A DNA stretch of 50,602 nt from an uncultured Deferribacteres bacterium (GTDB lineage Bacteria > Zhuqueibacterota > Zhuqueibacteria > Zhuqueibacterales > Geothermadaptataceae). The stretch lies in contig CAXHAT010000032.1 of NCBI GenBank assembly GCA_964014485.1, positions 1-50,602 on the forward strand, in the 5' to 3' direction. The position numbers and the translations under genes were made by a program. How positions within the stretch are numbered: the first letter of the stretch is position 1; each line of letters starts with the position of its first letter. Below are positions 7,664-18,103 of this stretch, piece by piece. The notes below the pieces were generated by a model, which saw only the letters and a program-made list of their open reading frames with translations, had not been told where the DNA came from and made no database searches.

Positions 7664-10600
7664 ATGAGGAAATCTCGAATCGCTCTGATGCGGGCAACAC
7701 AACTTGCACTCGTGTTGATGTGCATGTGTTTTGCCACCCTTGCATTCGGGCAGACGAGCGGAAAGATTGCCGGTACAGTAACAGACAAAGGCTCCGGCGA
7801 CGCGTTGCCAGGCGTGAACGTGCAGATTGAAGGAACGAACCTCGGCGCCAGTACGGACTCGGAAGGTCGTTATTTCATTTTGAATGTTCCTCCGGGCTTG
7901 TACTCAGTCAAAGCTTCTTTTATTGGCTACAAGGCGCAGCGAACAAATGACGTCAAAGTCAGCGTAGGCCAGACGGCCACCACCAATTTCTCTCTTGAGA
8001 CCACGATTATTGAAGGTGAAGAAGTTGTCGTCACGGCAACGAGACCTTTAATCGAGCCAGACCAGACCGTTTCGGTCTCTACCTACAGCTCAACCGAGCT
8101 GAACAACTCTCTCCCTGTTGCAAAAGTCACGGATATTCTTGAAACATCGCCAAGCGTCTATCGCGGATATATCCGGGGCGGCGCACGCTACGAAACGAAA
8201 TTTATCGTCGATGGCGTTGACGTCAACGATAGCTATTTTTCTTCCGGGCAAGGCGCATACGGCGGCGAGTCGGGCGATACCTACTTCAGTAACCGACCGA
8301 CGGACAACAATGATAACACAGGCTTGACGCAGGATGGGCAGACGCTGGCGGAAGTTCAGGTTTTTGCGGGCGTTTTTAATGCTGAGTATCCTTCCGCCAC
8401 TGCAGGCGTCGTCAACATCGTAACGAAAGAAGGCGGACGAGATTTTAACTTTAGTTTTTACAACCGGACTCTCATGAACTCAGGCAAATCTCACGCCGGA
8501 CGGAGTGTCTACTGGGATGCACCAGCTTACCTTGCCGAGCGCGATGAGAAGCTGAATTCTGGAAACGAAGCGCTCGTCGAGCGCGGTAATCTCTTTACCT
8601 GGACGCCTGATCGAGCAAGAGAACTTTACAATTACGATCCGGCTGATTCTTCAAGTCTGAGTCGGTCCCACGAAAACAGCTTTACCTTAAGCGGTCCACT
8701 TGGCTCGAAAGGCGGCTTCTTTTTGGCAGGAAACTATAGTCAGAATGATGGCGCTCTGCCTTTCGAAAGAACCAAGCGGATTGGCGCAAGCCTTAAATTG
8801 CACTACAATTTGTCTCCCACCCAGAAGCTGGTTGCGCGGACGGATTTCAAAGACGGCGGCGAGTTATTCAATTTCGTCAACACGAAATACAATCCTCGCT
8901 TTAAGTACTACCTTGAAGGTGCTCCACGATACAAAGACTTGAGTTCTGTCGGGTTTATCAAGTACACCAACGCATTGAACTCCAAGACCTTTATCGAGAT
9001 CCAGGCGTCCAACACCAGTTTCCGAAACCGTGTCGGTTTTCCCGATGACAACGGCAATGGTATTCCAGAATTAGGCGAAAGTGGAGACTTTATCGAATTT
9101 GCTGATATCGACGAATACATCAAGTATGTCGGCGGCAACGGAAACTTTGGCACGGAGACAGGCTTTGTCTTCGGGGATACAACCCGGACGCAAAGAGTCT
9201 TCTTTTCCTCAACTTTGAACCCCGCCGGTTTTCAGAGACTGAATCAGGCCGAATATGACGTCCTCGGCTATGGGACCAACGGGTTCTATATTACCTCTTA
9301 TCCAATCGCTCTCTATCAGGATTTTAAGCGTTCTAAGACAACGTTTAAAGCGGATGTGACGAGCCAGGTCAATTACAGCAATCTCGTGAAGGCCGGAATT
9401 AGCTTTTCAGTCCACGACATTGACGTCAATTCTCTGGAATCTGAACTGGGTGGTTCGGGCACAGCTTATCCCACCTCGCATTTTCATGTGAACCAGTACA
9501 ATTTCAAGCCAAAAGAAATTGCCATCTACGCGCAAGACAAGATCGAGTTCGTTCAGGGACTGATCGTCAATGTCGGCGCGCGCATCGATGGTTTTGACAA
9601 CGATACGCAGCGCTTTATCAACGATTTCGATCCTCTTGACGAAGTTCTCGAAGGCGGAGAACTGGTTTCTCGTACGCCCAAGCGGGGGGACGACGTGGGC
9701 TTTAACTTCTTCTTTAGCCCGCGCGTTGGTGTTGCCCACCCGGTCACAGATCGCCTGAAGATGAGTTATTCATTCGGACGCTTTTTCCAGTATCCGAACT
9801 TTGAAACCATCTATCGCGATTATAACTTTACCGATTACGCCGCTTCGCCAACGACCCGAACAGTCAATCCAGACCAGGATCCAATTCGGTCTACAAACTA
9901 TGAAATTCGCACTGAATGGTCATTTGCCGATAACTTCCTGATCACAGGAACGGCCTATTATCGTGATGTGTCGAATACCTCTTCACGTGCGATGACCTTG
10001 ACAACGGCTGAAGGCGTTGGTCTCACTTTCAATACCACTTGGGGCTATTCCGATTCTCGTGGTATTGAGGTTGAATTGACCAAGCGCCCAAGCGATTGGT
10101 TCCTCGGAAGTTGGGGCGGTCGTTTGGCCTATGCACATTCGTATATCAAACAAGCCGTTGCTTCCGGCTCGGATCCAACGATTCGAACCAACTTCAACTC
10201 GGCTGTCGACAGTGTGAATTATGCTGAGCTGCCCTTTGATGATCTTGATCGTTTTCCTTCGCGGGAACGAAATGTCCTCGTGACTCAGGGCGGTACAAAT
10301 ATCCTGGCCGGCGGTTATGATCGACCACACCGCTTGACGGGAACTTTGCAGTTGTTTTTCCCCGCCGATTTTACAGCGACTTTCATTGGTGAATGGTCCA
10401 GTGGTTTTTATTATATCGAGACTGAAAACCCTAACAACGACCCGTTCTTTAGTAGAAATGACAACCTTGGAATTGGACCCTCGACTTCATTTATCAATGC
10501 TCGTCTTTCGAAATTCCTCGACTTCGGAGCAACCGGCTTGGAACTGTTCCTGGAAGCACGGAATCTCTTCAATTTCACGAATATTCGGGGTATTTCAAAC

Positions 10601-10798
10601 GGCGGCCTGCCTGGGGCGCCAATCGAGCTTGAACGCGAGATTTGGGAGCAGGGCAGACCCGACGGAGACGGTGGTCGATTGACTGAACCTGAATCCGATC
10701 CTGAAGGTATTTTCGCACAGCCGACTGACCTTTTTGGCCGTTTGTTTTACGAAAATTTACGTGAGATCTATTTCGGTATCAAGTTCAATTTTAAATAG
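7664..10798 (+). CDS. TonB-dependent receptor with N-terminal carboxypeptidase-regulatory-like domain
   Basis: Signal peptide; GKIAGTVTD..LPGVNVQIEGT..GASTDSEGRYFILNVPPG; EVVVTATR; plug motifs (VDGVDVND, GVVNIVTKEG); FSPRVGVA; C-terminal barrel strand YFGIKFNFK; strong SD. Confidence 0.92.
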   Translation: MRKSRIALMRATQLALVLMCMCFATLAFGQTSGKIAGTVTDKGSGDALPGVNVQIEGTNLGASTDSEGRYFILNVPPGLYSVKASFIGYKAQRTNDVKVSVGQTATTNFSLETTIIEGEEVVVTATRPLIEPDQTVSVSTYSSTELNNSLPVAKVTDILETSPSVYRGYIRGGARYETKFIVDGVDVNDSYFSSGQGAYGGESGDTYFSNRPTDNNDNTGLTQDGQTLAEVQVFAGVFNAEYPSATAGVVNIVTKEGGRDFNFSFYNRTLMNSGKSHAGRSVYWDAPAYLAERDEKLNSGNEALVERGNLFTWTPDRARELYNYDPADSSSLSRSHENSFTLSGPLGSKGGFFLAGNYSQNDGALPFERTKRIGASLKLHYNLSPTQKLVARTDFKDGGELFNFVNTKYNPRFKYYLEGAPRYKDLSSVGFIKYTNALNSKTFIEIQASNTSFRNRVGFPDDNGNGIPELGESGDFIEFADIDEYIKYVGGNGNFGTETGFVFGDTTRTQRVFFSSTLNPAGFQRLNQAEYDVLGYGTNGFYITSYPIALYQDFKRSKTTFKADVTSQVNYSNLVKAGISFSVHDIDVNSLESELGGSGTAYPTSHFHVNQYNFKPKEIAIYAQDKIEFVQGLIVNVGARIDGFDNDTQRFINDFDPLDEVLEGGELVSRTPKRGDDVGFNFFFSPRVGVAHPVTDRLKMSYSFGRFFQYPNFETIYRDYNFTDYAASPTTRTVNPDQDPIRSTNYEIRTEWSFADNFLITGTAYYRDVSNTSSRAMTLTTAEGVGLTFNTTWGYSDSRGIEVELTKRPSDWFLGSWGGRLAYAHSYIKQAVASGSDPTIRTNFNSAVDSVNYAELPFDDLDRFPSRERNVLVTQGGTNILAGGYDRPHRLTGTLQLFFPADFTATFIGEWSSGFYYIETENPNNDPFFSRNDNLGIGPSTSFINARLSKFLDFGATGLELFLEARNLFNFTNIRGISNGGLPGAPIELEREIWEQGRPDGDGGRLTEPESDPEGIFAQPTDLFGRLFYENLREIYFGIKFNFK

Positions 10799-10846
10799 AT
10801 CGCCACGCTCCGTACACAGCATTTAGAAATCAATTGAGGAGAAACT

Positions 10847-13426
10847 ATGCTTTCCAGAGAAAGAATAAAGATGCTTGTCGGTATTTTGGCGATGCTGCTC
10901 TTTATGGTCATCGCCTCGACCGCCGAGCGCCCAAAAGGCAACGGCGTCATTGTCGCGGGAAATACCTGGGGGACTTACCGGCCGCCTCATGTCCCGGATA
11001 GTCACCCAAGAAATCGTTACGTTGAAGACTTTCAAACGCGTGGCGATAACACAACCGCCAACGGCAACTGGATTTTCTTCCAGTCGCGCATGGTGACGAG
11101 TCAGCTCTTCGGCAACCCTGCCTTTAGCTGGCCGTTTGGGAAAAACATCGTCGATTGCTGGGGCGGCGCCCTTGCAGCAACGATCTACGATCCTCGCGCC
11201 GAATTTGCTTCGGTAAACGGAAATAACTATGAAGCGCCTCCCGTCGAAGCGCTCGATCTGAACTATTCCTCTTTGCGCTATGGTTCGAATATTCCGGGGG
11301 CCGGAGATCCATCACGCGATTACGTGAACCCTGGCGGCAAGGCTGGCGGCGGCGCGATATTTACCGATGATCGTAAGGCAATCGCCTACTATGAAGCAGG
11401 CTGGCCTACGAATGTCGGCGTCGATGTGAAGCTGAAAGTCTATTCCATCACGACCCCCTGGGGCCATTTGGATGACAATCATCTCGTTGAAGTTGAATTC
11501 TACAATACGGGCGTCCAGGATCTCGACAACGACGGCAATGTCGATTTCACCGATCAGAAGATTCACTCTCTCGTCATGAACTACTACGGTGAGCCTTGGT
11601 TCATGATGATGCGTCCTGCCGGTAATCGTGGATACAATACGGGCGGCTATCGTCCTGCTGCACACGATGCGACTCCGGATGAGAATGGTTCTCCCTGGGC
11701 CTACTCAATGCACAGCTTCGGTGCAAGAAACAGTGCCACGGAAGCTGATCCCGGGATTGGTAATCAGTCTCCCGCCACGGGTTGGTACAATGATATCGCC
11801 TACGGCTACACTTTTGTCGGCGCAAAGTCGATCGACGAAAATGGCAATATGGTCGGCGACAAAATGCTGTCCTTCAAAAATTCTTCAGGTGAGCAGGTTG
11901 TTCATCCTACAGGCGAAGGAGTTCGGCGTGGATGGTTTCAGACAAATACCAATACCGAATCCACTGGCGGTACTTTTTCAGCGCGCAACATGCATCTCCT
12001 GGGCGCCGGCTCGTTCTTCACCGATGGCGGGAAAAGCCGTTCTCGCGCCCAATTGGATCTGACGCCAAATCCAAATCTGTTCGCCTCTGGCGATTTGGAA
12101 GACCTGACGACTTTCATCGTGAAAGATGATCCGTCCTCGTGGATGATGCCTGACGGCGCGTACGAGTTCTCGACGCCTGTCTTCGATTACAATGGGATCG
12201 CGATTCCCAATGGTAACCCGATTGCCGAATCCGGCGGCAGACCGCTGCATATCGATTACATCCATGAAGGCACGATCTCCGAGAACAATTTCAACGACGT
12301 CATGCAGGCCGGTTTTGGCCCGTTTGATCTGGAAGTTGGCGAGCGGATGCGCGTTTATTTCGTACGTGCGCAGGGATTTCGTCCAAAGCAGTTGCGCGGT
12401 GCGATCAAGGCTGGTCGTATGATGGTTGAAGCCATTAGTAACAGTCCTGACGGTAGTCTGCCTGATCCTGGTGCACCTGCTGTTCCGGATATTCGTGTAA
12501 CTGGCTCGGTCAATGTGAAGCCGCTCATTATGTTCGACGACGTGGCGGATGCGGATGGCTACAAGATCTACCGATCCAAAGCCTGGCCTCTTTTCGACCC
12601 GACGACGGAAGGCCTGATGTATGAAGGCGTGTATTGGAAGACGATGACGCCTGGTGAGGAGAATAGACCGCAGTCGGATCCAATCAATCCGCTTCTCACA
12701 GACCATACGCTGATTCGCCCGCGAAATGGCGAGCACTGGGGACCCTATTCCCTCGTAAAGGTCATCAGTTCAAGTGAACTGGAGAACTTCCGCAATCCTC
12801 GTACTCAGGATGCAGGTCAGTATCCTTATGCTTATGAAGACAGCGAAGATGCGTTTACGCTGCCTGGTCAGACGTTCTACTATTATGTCGCCTCCTTTAA
12901 AAACCAGAGAGCCAATGCACCTTACGATCAATTGGAAGATGGTTCCGTATCCTGGATTGAGAGCGGCAAGGTGAATGTCAACGGCCGCGACGGCTTCTGG
13001 CAAAATACCTGGCACAATACGACGCGCTACGCGTTCTTTCCTGATGAGCAGGACTCAGAAGCACTCCAAGCGGTTGGCGCCGCGTATACCCTTGTTTCGC
13101 CAACCGTCGCCCCGGCGGAACTCGAATTGGAACGTGCGAAAATTGTCGTGCGGCCAAATCCATACAAGCGACTTGCTTTCCACGATGTTGGCACCGAAAG
13201 CAAGATCCTTTTCGCGAATTTGCCACAGCAGGCAACGATTACGATTCTGGACATCTCCGGGCAAATTGTTGACAAAATCGACTACACTGCTCCAACGGCT
13301 GAGAACGGAACCTATTTCTGGGACATGTTCTCGAAGGATGGAACGCGTGTAGCAAGTGGCGTCTATATCTGGGTCGTCGAGCATGATCGCGGCGCGGAAA
13401 AAGGCACGTTGGCAATCATTCGATAA
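10847..13426 (+). CDS. Large secreted protein with T9SS-type (Por secretion tail/FlgD-Ig-like) C-terminal domain, function unknown
   Basis: Signal peptide; C-terminus VVRPNPY..ILFANLP..TITILDISGQIV..WD..DGTRVASGVYIWVVE..GTLAIIR; DLDNDGNVDFTD Ca-binding-like motif. Confidence 0.8.
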   Translation: MLSRERIKMLVGILAMLLFMVIASTAERPKGNGVIVAGNTWGTYRPPHVPDSHPRNRYVEDFQTRGDNTTANGNWIFFQSRMVTSQLFGNPAFSWPFGKNIVDCWGGALAATIYDPRAEFASVNGNNYEAPPVEALDLNYSSLRYGSNIPGAGDPSRDYVNPGGKAGGGAIFTDDRKAIAYYEAGWPTNVGVDVKLKVYSITTPWGHLDDNHLVEVEFYNTGVQDLDNDGNVDFTDQKIHSLVMNYYGEPWFMMMRPAGNRGYNTGGYRPAAHDATPDENGSPWAYSMHSFGARNSATEADPGIGNQSPATGWYNDIAYGYTFVGAKSIDENGNMVGDKMLSFKNSSGEQVVHPTGEGVRRGWFQTNTNTESTGGTFSARNMHLLGAGSFFTDGGKSRSRAQLDLTPNPNLFASGDLEDLTTFIVKDDPSSWMMPDGAYEFSTPVFDYNGIAIPNGNPIAESGGRPLHIDYIHEGTISENNFNDVMQAGFGPFDLEVGERMRVYFVRAQGFRPKQLRGAIKAGRMMVEAISNSPDGSLPDPGAPAVPDIRVTGSVNVKPLIMFDDVADADGYKIYRSKAWPLFDPTTEGLMYEGVYWKTMTPGEENRPQSDPINPLLTDHTLIRPRNGEHWGPYSLVKVISSSELENFRNPRTQDAGQYPYAYEDSEDAFTLPGQTFYYYVASFKNQRANAPYDQLEDGSVSWIESGKVNVNGRDGFWQNTWHNTTRYAFFPDEQDSEALQAVGAAYTLVSPTVAPAELELERAKIVVRPNPYKRLAFHDVGTESKILFANLPQQATITILDISGQIVDKIDYTAPTAENGTYFWDMFSKDGTRVASGVYIWVVEHDRGAEKGTLAIIR

Positions 13427-13479
13427 ACACGGAACCGTAAATGCATAAACGCATTTTCCAATTTGTAAGGAGTTCGCTA

Positions 13480-14502
13480 ATGCGTAGATATGGTTATTTG
13501 ATCATTGCGGTTTCCATGTTTGGCCTTTTGGGCTCAGGAACCGTAATGGCGCAGGAAAACAAGACGGGGCTTACCGGCGCCAATTTTCTGAAAATTGGTG
13601 TTGGTGCACGTCAGGTTGGACTTGGCTCAGCCGCTACGACAATATCCGACGATCCGCATATGATGTTTTGGAATCCGGCAGGTATTGTCAACATGGCTTC
13701 AGATGGCGGGAAAACACAGGTTGCCATGACGCACAATCAGTGGCTGCTTGAAATGCAGCACAATGCTTTTGCGTTCACTCGCGATCTTGGCAGCATTGGT
13801 ACATTGGGAATTGGCGTGGTTCACATTGGTCTCGGCGACATTGTCGCTGACCGTGACGTCGCGCCGACTCCGGCTTTGGCGAACCAGCAGGCAGATCTGG
13901 CCACTGGTGCGACATTCAACTTCTATGATCTGGCTGTCAATGTGACGCTGGCGCATCAATTTACCGAGCGCTTGTCTCTCGGTGCGAGCGTCAAGTTCAT
14001 CAGCGAGAAGATCGACGATCTTACCGCGAATGCAATTGCCGGTGATTTCGGTGTGATTTATGACACCGGCTGGCAAGGACTGCGTCTTGGCGCCAGGATG
14101 AGCAATCTCGGCTCCGATCTTTCATTCTATGATGACGCAGGTACAGAGCCTGTGCCGATTCCGCTGATTTTCTCCTTTGGCGCCTCATTCGATATTGCCC
14201 GCCAGGCTGATTCGCGTCTCGTGGCGCTCCTCGACGCCAACAAGCGTCAGGATAGCAAGCAGCTCTATTTCGGCGGCATGGAATGGCGACTGATGGAGCA
14301 GTTTTCTCTTCGTGGCGGCTATAAGTTCGGGTTCTCGAACGACAAGAACAAAGCGGGTATCAACTCGACCGATGAAGGACTCTCCTTCGGCGGCGGCGTG
14401 AATGTGCCCTTTGGCAACGCACGCGTTCAGCTTGACTACGCTTTTACCCAATTTAACCTCCTCGATGATACACACAGATTCTCCTTCTCCATCTCCTTCT
14501 AA
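13480..14502 (+). CDS. PorV/PorQ-like (UPF0164) outer-membrane beta-barrel
   Basis: GANFLKIGVGARQVGLGSA, MFWNPAG, LRGGY, C-terminal HRFSFSISF; SD AAGGAG before ATG 13480. Confidence 0.85.
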   Translation: MRRYGYLIIAVSMFGLLGSGTVMAQENKTGLTGANFLKIGVGARQVGLGSAATTISDDPHMMFWNPAGIVNMASDGGKTQVAMTHNQWLLEMQHNAFAFTRDLGSIGTLGIGVVHIGLGDIVADRDVAPTPALANQQADLATGATFNFYDLAVNVTLAHQFTERLSLGASVKFISEKIDDLTANAIAGDFGVIYDTGWQGLRLGARMSNLGSDLSFYDDAGTEPVPIPLIFSFGASFDIARQADSRLVALLDANKRQDSKQLYFGGMEWRLMEQFSLRGGYKFGFSNDKNKAGINSTDEGLSFGGGVNVPFGNARVQLDYAFTQFNLLDDTHRFSFSISF

Positions 14503-14522
14503 CAGGTTAATTGGTTAAACGC

Positions 14523-14576
14523 AAACGGAGTCCCGGGATCGCTTCGCTAATGGAGTGTGACCGGGATTTCTGTTTT
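14523..14576 (+). terminator. Putative intrinsic terminator after the PorV-like gene
   Basis: TCCCGG (14531-14536) pairs with CCGGGA (14561-14566), with inner wobble pairs, followed by TTTCTGTTTT. Confidence 0.45.
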
Positions 14577-14642
14577 GAATCATTTGTCATTTTCGTTGCC
14601 CCTTATTTGCCTCTGTCAATTTCCTTGATATTATTTATCCAT

Positions 14643-16538
14643 ATGCATATCCGAACACAGTCCAAATCATCTTCTGTCACGCGGCTTACTGTTCTAGCAG
14701 CCATTCTGCTTCTCCAGCTTAAGTCTCCCAAACTTGCCGCGGCACAGGATTTCAGACCGGCTTCCGCCCCTTCCGGCTTGGAACGCGCGTATTTCGGGCA
14801 TGGGGCTGCTGTTGCAGATTATGACAATGACGGCTGGCTGGACGTCTATCTTGTCTCCAAGACGCCCTATAGCCGAACCCTTGCCGGCTCTGCCAACATG
14901 CTGTTCCGGAATCTGGGTGACGGTTCCTTCAAAGATATGGCGGAGTTTGCCGGAGTCCGCGGTACGAGAGATACCACCCGGATGGCAAATAGTGAAGTTA
15001 TTCTGAATTATGGCGCAACCTGGGCAGATTATGACAATGATGGAGACGCCGATCTCTTTCTGACCAACAAGGGAACCAATGTGCTTTACGAAAACCTCGG
15101 CGACGGCATTTTCGCGGATATGACCGCAGATGCGGGGCTGAATCTACATTTCCGTGAAAGCACCAGTGCCGCCTGGTTCGACTATGATCGAGACGGTGAC
15201 CTTGACTTGCACATCAGCAATTATCAGCAGTATGGCGTGATCCCCAGTTCAGATAATGTGCTCTATGAAAATCAAAACGATGGGACATTTATCGACGTAA
15301 CCGATATAGCTGGCGTCCAGGGTGGAGGATTCGGCAGCGCGGATATGGGTTTTTCCGGGATTACGTACTGCACGCTCGTTCTCGATGCAGACCTCGACGG
15401 GTGGCCCGACCTCTACCAAGTCAACGATTTCGGCTACAACGTCCTTTTTATCAATCAAAAAAATGGGGCGTTTGTCGAAGCGACGGCAGCATATGGTCTG
15501 GAAGACAGCGGGCATGGTATGGGAGCGACGCTCGGAGACTTTGACAACGATGGTCTCCTCGATGTTTATCTCACCAATATCGCAGATGATCTGGAAGAAG
15601 AGTGGAGCCCTCTGTTTCGGCGCACGGGCAGTGGAACTTATCAGGACGTGACAAAATCGACAGGCACGGGGATAACAAATTGGGCCTGGGGGTGCGAGTT
15701 TCTCGACTACGATCTCGATGGCGACTTGGACATTTACGTGGTCAACGGCAATCTTGGCAATGACTATCGGAACTACTTTTTTCGCAACGAAGGCAATGGG
15801 GCGTTCGCAGATATCAGTGAGTTAAGCGGGACGGACAGCGATGAAGAAGCCCGCGGCCTCGCTGTCGCAGATTTTAACAACGATGGGCGCCTGGATATGT
15901 TCGTCGCGAACTGGCGCGCTCCCGCCCAACTTTATCTTAACCACACGACAACGGGGAGTTACCTGAAGGTAAACCTGATTGGTCAAACCAGCAACAGAGA
16001 TGCGTATGGCGCCATCGTGCGCCTGGAAGCTGAAGGGCAAAAGCTGATGCGCGTCAACGACGGCGTCGAATTTCTGGGGCAGTCGAAGACGCCATTACAT
16101 TTCGGCTTGTCCACTGCTCAGAGCATCAACAGGATGACCATTGAATGGCCTTCCGGGCAAGTCCAGACGCTTGATGACTTAGCCGTGAATCAAACCGTGA
16201 CCATCGTTGAAGGGCAGGGCATAGTGACCGCACTGGATTCTGAAAACCCGCCTGCGCCCGGCGCTTTCGCTTTGCACAATCCTTCACCGAATCCTGTCAG
16301 ATCGCTGGTTACCTTGAGATTTTCTCTCCCCAAGCCGGGTTACACGTCGCTGGTCATTTATGATCTGCTCGGGCGTCAGGTGCGTCGGCTGGAGGAGAAA
16401 CAGCAGCCCGCCGGTCTGAACTCAGTACGCTGGGACGGGCGTGATCAGCAGCGGCGCCTCGTGCCAGAGGGCGTCTATTTTGCCCGACTGACCTTTTCGG
16501 GCGCAACCCAACATCAGAAACTGATCGTTCTTAGATGA
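14643..16538 (+). CDS. FG-GAP/VCBS repeat + ASPIC/UnbV (CRTAC1-like) protein with T9SS-type C-terminal domain
   Basis: Seven DxDxDGxxD repeats; SNRDAYGAIV..LHFGL..IEWPSG (ASPIC/UnbV); NPSPNP..IYDLLGRQVR..WDGRD..GVYFARL..KLIVLR; start placed at ATG 14643. Confidence 0.88.
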   Translation: MHIRTQSKSSSVTRLTVLAAILLLQLKSPKLAAAQDFRPASAPSGLERAYFGHGAAVADYDNDGWLDVYLVSKTPYSRTLAGSANMLFRNLGDGSFKDMAEFAGVRGTRDTTRMANSEVILNYGATWADYDNDGDADLFLTNKGTNVLYENLGDGIFADMTADAGLNLHFRESTSAAWFDYDRDGDLDLHISNYQQYGVIPSSDNVLYENQNDGTFIDVTDIAGVQGGGFGSADMGFSGITYCTLVLDADLDGWPDLYQVNDFGYNVLFINQKNGAFVEATAAYGLEDSGHGMGATLGDFDNDGLLDVYLTNIADDLEEEWSPLFRRTGSGTYQDVTKSTGTGITNWAWGCEFLDYDLDGDLDIYVVNGNLGNDYRNYFFRNEGNGAFADISELSGTDSDEEARGLAVADFNNDGRLDMFVANWRAPAQLYLNHTTTGSYLKVNLIGQTSNRDAYGAIVRLEAEGQKLMRVNDGVEFLGQSKTPLHFGLSTAQSINRMTIEWPSGQVQTLDDLAVNQTVTIVEGQGIVTALDSENPPAPGAFALHNPSPNPVRSLVTLRFSLPKPGYTSLVIYDLLGRQVRRLEEKQQPAGLNSVRWDGRDQQRRLVPEGVYFARLTFSGATQHQKLIVLR

Positions 16539-17869
16539 GACCACTCACGCTAAGTCTCCTTCTGTTTTGGTGCTTCTTGGTGGCTTGTCGCCATGAGCAA
16601 CCTCTCACGATCGATTCATCAGACCCTGCCGCTGACCTGCCTAAACTCACTTTGTTAACGGATCCGACTGTTTGTGCAACCTGCCATCCAACGCACTACG
16701 AGGAATGGCAAGGATCAATGCACGCGTATGCCGCGGTTGACCCGGCATTCATCAAAATGCAAAAATTGGGACAAAAAGAAACGAATGGACAGGTCGATCA
16801 GTTTTGTGTGCAGTGTCATTCTCCCATTGTGAGTAAGCTGGGGCTCGCTCCCGTAAATTACGAAAATGAGGATTTACCTCCAATTGGCCTTCACGGGGTC
16901 TCTTGTCAAGCCTGTCACAGGATCAGCCACGTGCTCGAAGCTCGGAACGCCAGTTTCGAATACGATTCGAGCTCGGTTATTTTCGGCCCCCTGCGCCAGC
17001 CTGTAGCAAATACATACCATACTTCAGAATACAACGCGATATTCGAGACCAGCGAGTTGTGCGGCGCGTGCCACAACGTCGTCAATCCGCGTGAGATTAA
17101 GATTGAGAACACCTTCGATGAATGGCTTCAGAGCCCGGCGGCTGCTGCAGGCCAGACTTGTCAGTCCTGCCACATGCCGTCCTATGAAGGCCAGGCTGCC
17201 GTAGATGGACCTACACGAGAAGTGCATCGGCATTTTTTTGTGGGCGTCGATGTCGCTCTAATCGATTTCCCTGACCGGGAACGCCAGCGCCGGATGGTTG
17301 AATCGCTGCTCCAATCCGCAGCCGAAATATCAGTGAATCCGGCACGCCAGGCGAGGCGCAACGATTTCTTGCCAATCGAAGTCATGATTACCAGTAAAAC
17401 CGCGGGACATCATTTGCCCTCTGGCGCCACGGCAGACCGTCAGATGTGGTTGTCCGTTAAAGTCAGCGATGCAGCTAATGGGCGGGTCTTCTACGAATCT
17501 GGCGGCTTGGACGCGAACGGAGATCTGATGGATCGCCACAGTGAGCTCGCCCCGGACGCCGACACAGATCTTGCTCTGTACAATCAACAAATGGCCGGCC
17601 GGGATGGGGAAGACGTCTTCTTTTCCTGGCAGGCGTATGCTGAGAGAACGATAACGATTCCGCCTTTGGCCACGGTTCGCCCGAAATACGTCGCTTTTAT
17701 CCCCCAGGATGCTGGCGACTCCCTTCGAATTGAAGTTGCCTTGCGCTTTCGCACCTTTCCGCCGTTCTTGCTGCGAAAACTGGGATTACCCGATTTGGCG
17801 GCCGCCGTGCCTATCGTCGACATGGCCACGCGTTCTTTCACCATGCCCATTGTAAAAGACGGATCGTAG
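16535..17869 (+). CDS. Multiheme (5 CxxCH) cytochrome c lipoprotein, c554-like, with Ig-like C-terminal region
   Basis: CATCH, CVQCH, CQACH, CGACH, CQSCH; lipobox LVAC; AGHHLPSG motif; ATGA overlap with the upstream gene. Confidence 0.88.
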   Translation: MRPLTLSLLLFWCFLVACRHEQPLTIDSSDPAADLPKLTLLTDPTVCATCHPTHYEEWQGSMHAYAAVDPAFIKMQKLGQKETNGQVDQFCVQCHSPIVSKLGLAPVNYENEDLPPIGLHGVSCQACHRISHVLEARNASFEYDSSSVIFGPLRQPVANTYHTSEYNAIFETSELCGACHNVVNPREIKIENTFDEWLQSPAAAAGQTCQSCHMPSYEGQAAVDGPTREVHRHFFVGVDVALIDFPDRERQRRMVESLLQSAAEISVNPARQARRNDFLPIEVMITSKTAGHHLPSGATADRQMWLSVKVSDAANGRVFYESGGLDANGDLMDRHSELAPDADTDLALYNQQMAGRDGEDVFFSWQAYAERTITIPPLATVRPKYVAFIPQDAGDSLRIEVALRFRTFPPFLLRKLGLPDLAAAVPIVDMATRSFTMPIVKDGS

Positions 17870-17903
17870 TTTGGACGCTCAACAGAAACGAAAGATTGAA
17901 TAG

Positions 17904-18103
17904 TATTACAACGTTAAGTCTTCCGGATCGCGCAATAAAAGAGTCGTTCTCGTTCCAATGCTTTGCGTTGGAATGCAGCTTCCGGCGCTTTGCGCCGGTT
18001 CATTCAGGTTTAAAATAGTGCGGACGGAACCGGCGCAAAGCGCCGGAAGCTGCATGACCACGCGAAGCATGGTCACGAGAATGTTAGACTTAACGTTGTA
18101 ATA
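17904..18103. mobile_element. MITE-like element (200 bp) with perfect 18-bp TIRs, 4-bp ATAG target duplication and a REP-doublet core
   Basis: TATTACAACGTTAAGTCT (17904-17921) / AGACTTAACGTTGTAATA (18086-18103); ATAG on both sides (17900-17903, 18104-18107); inner perfect 29-bp inverted repeat 17973-18001 / 18027-18055. Confidence 0.8.
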
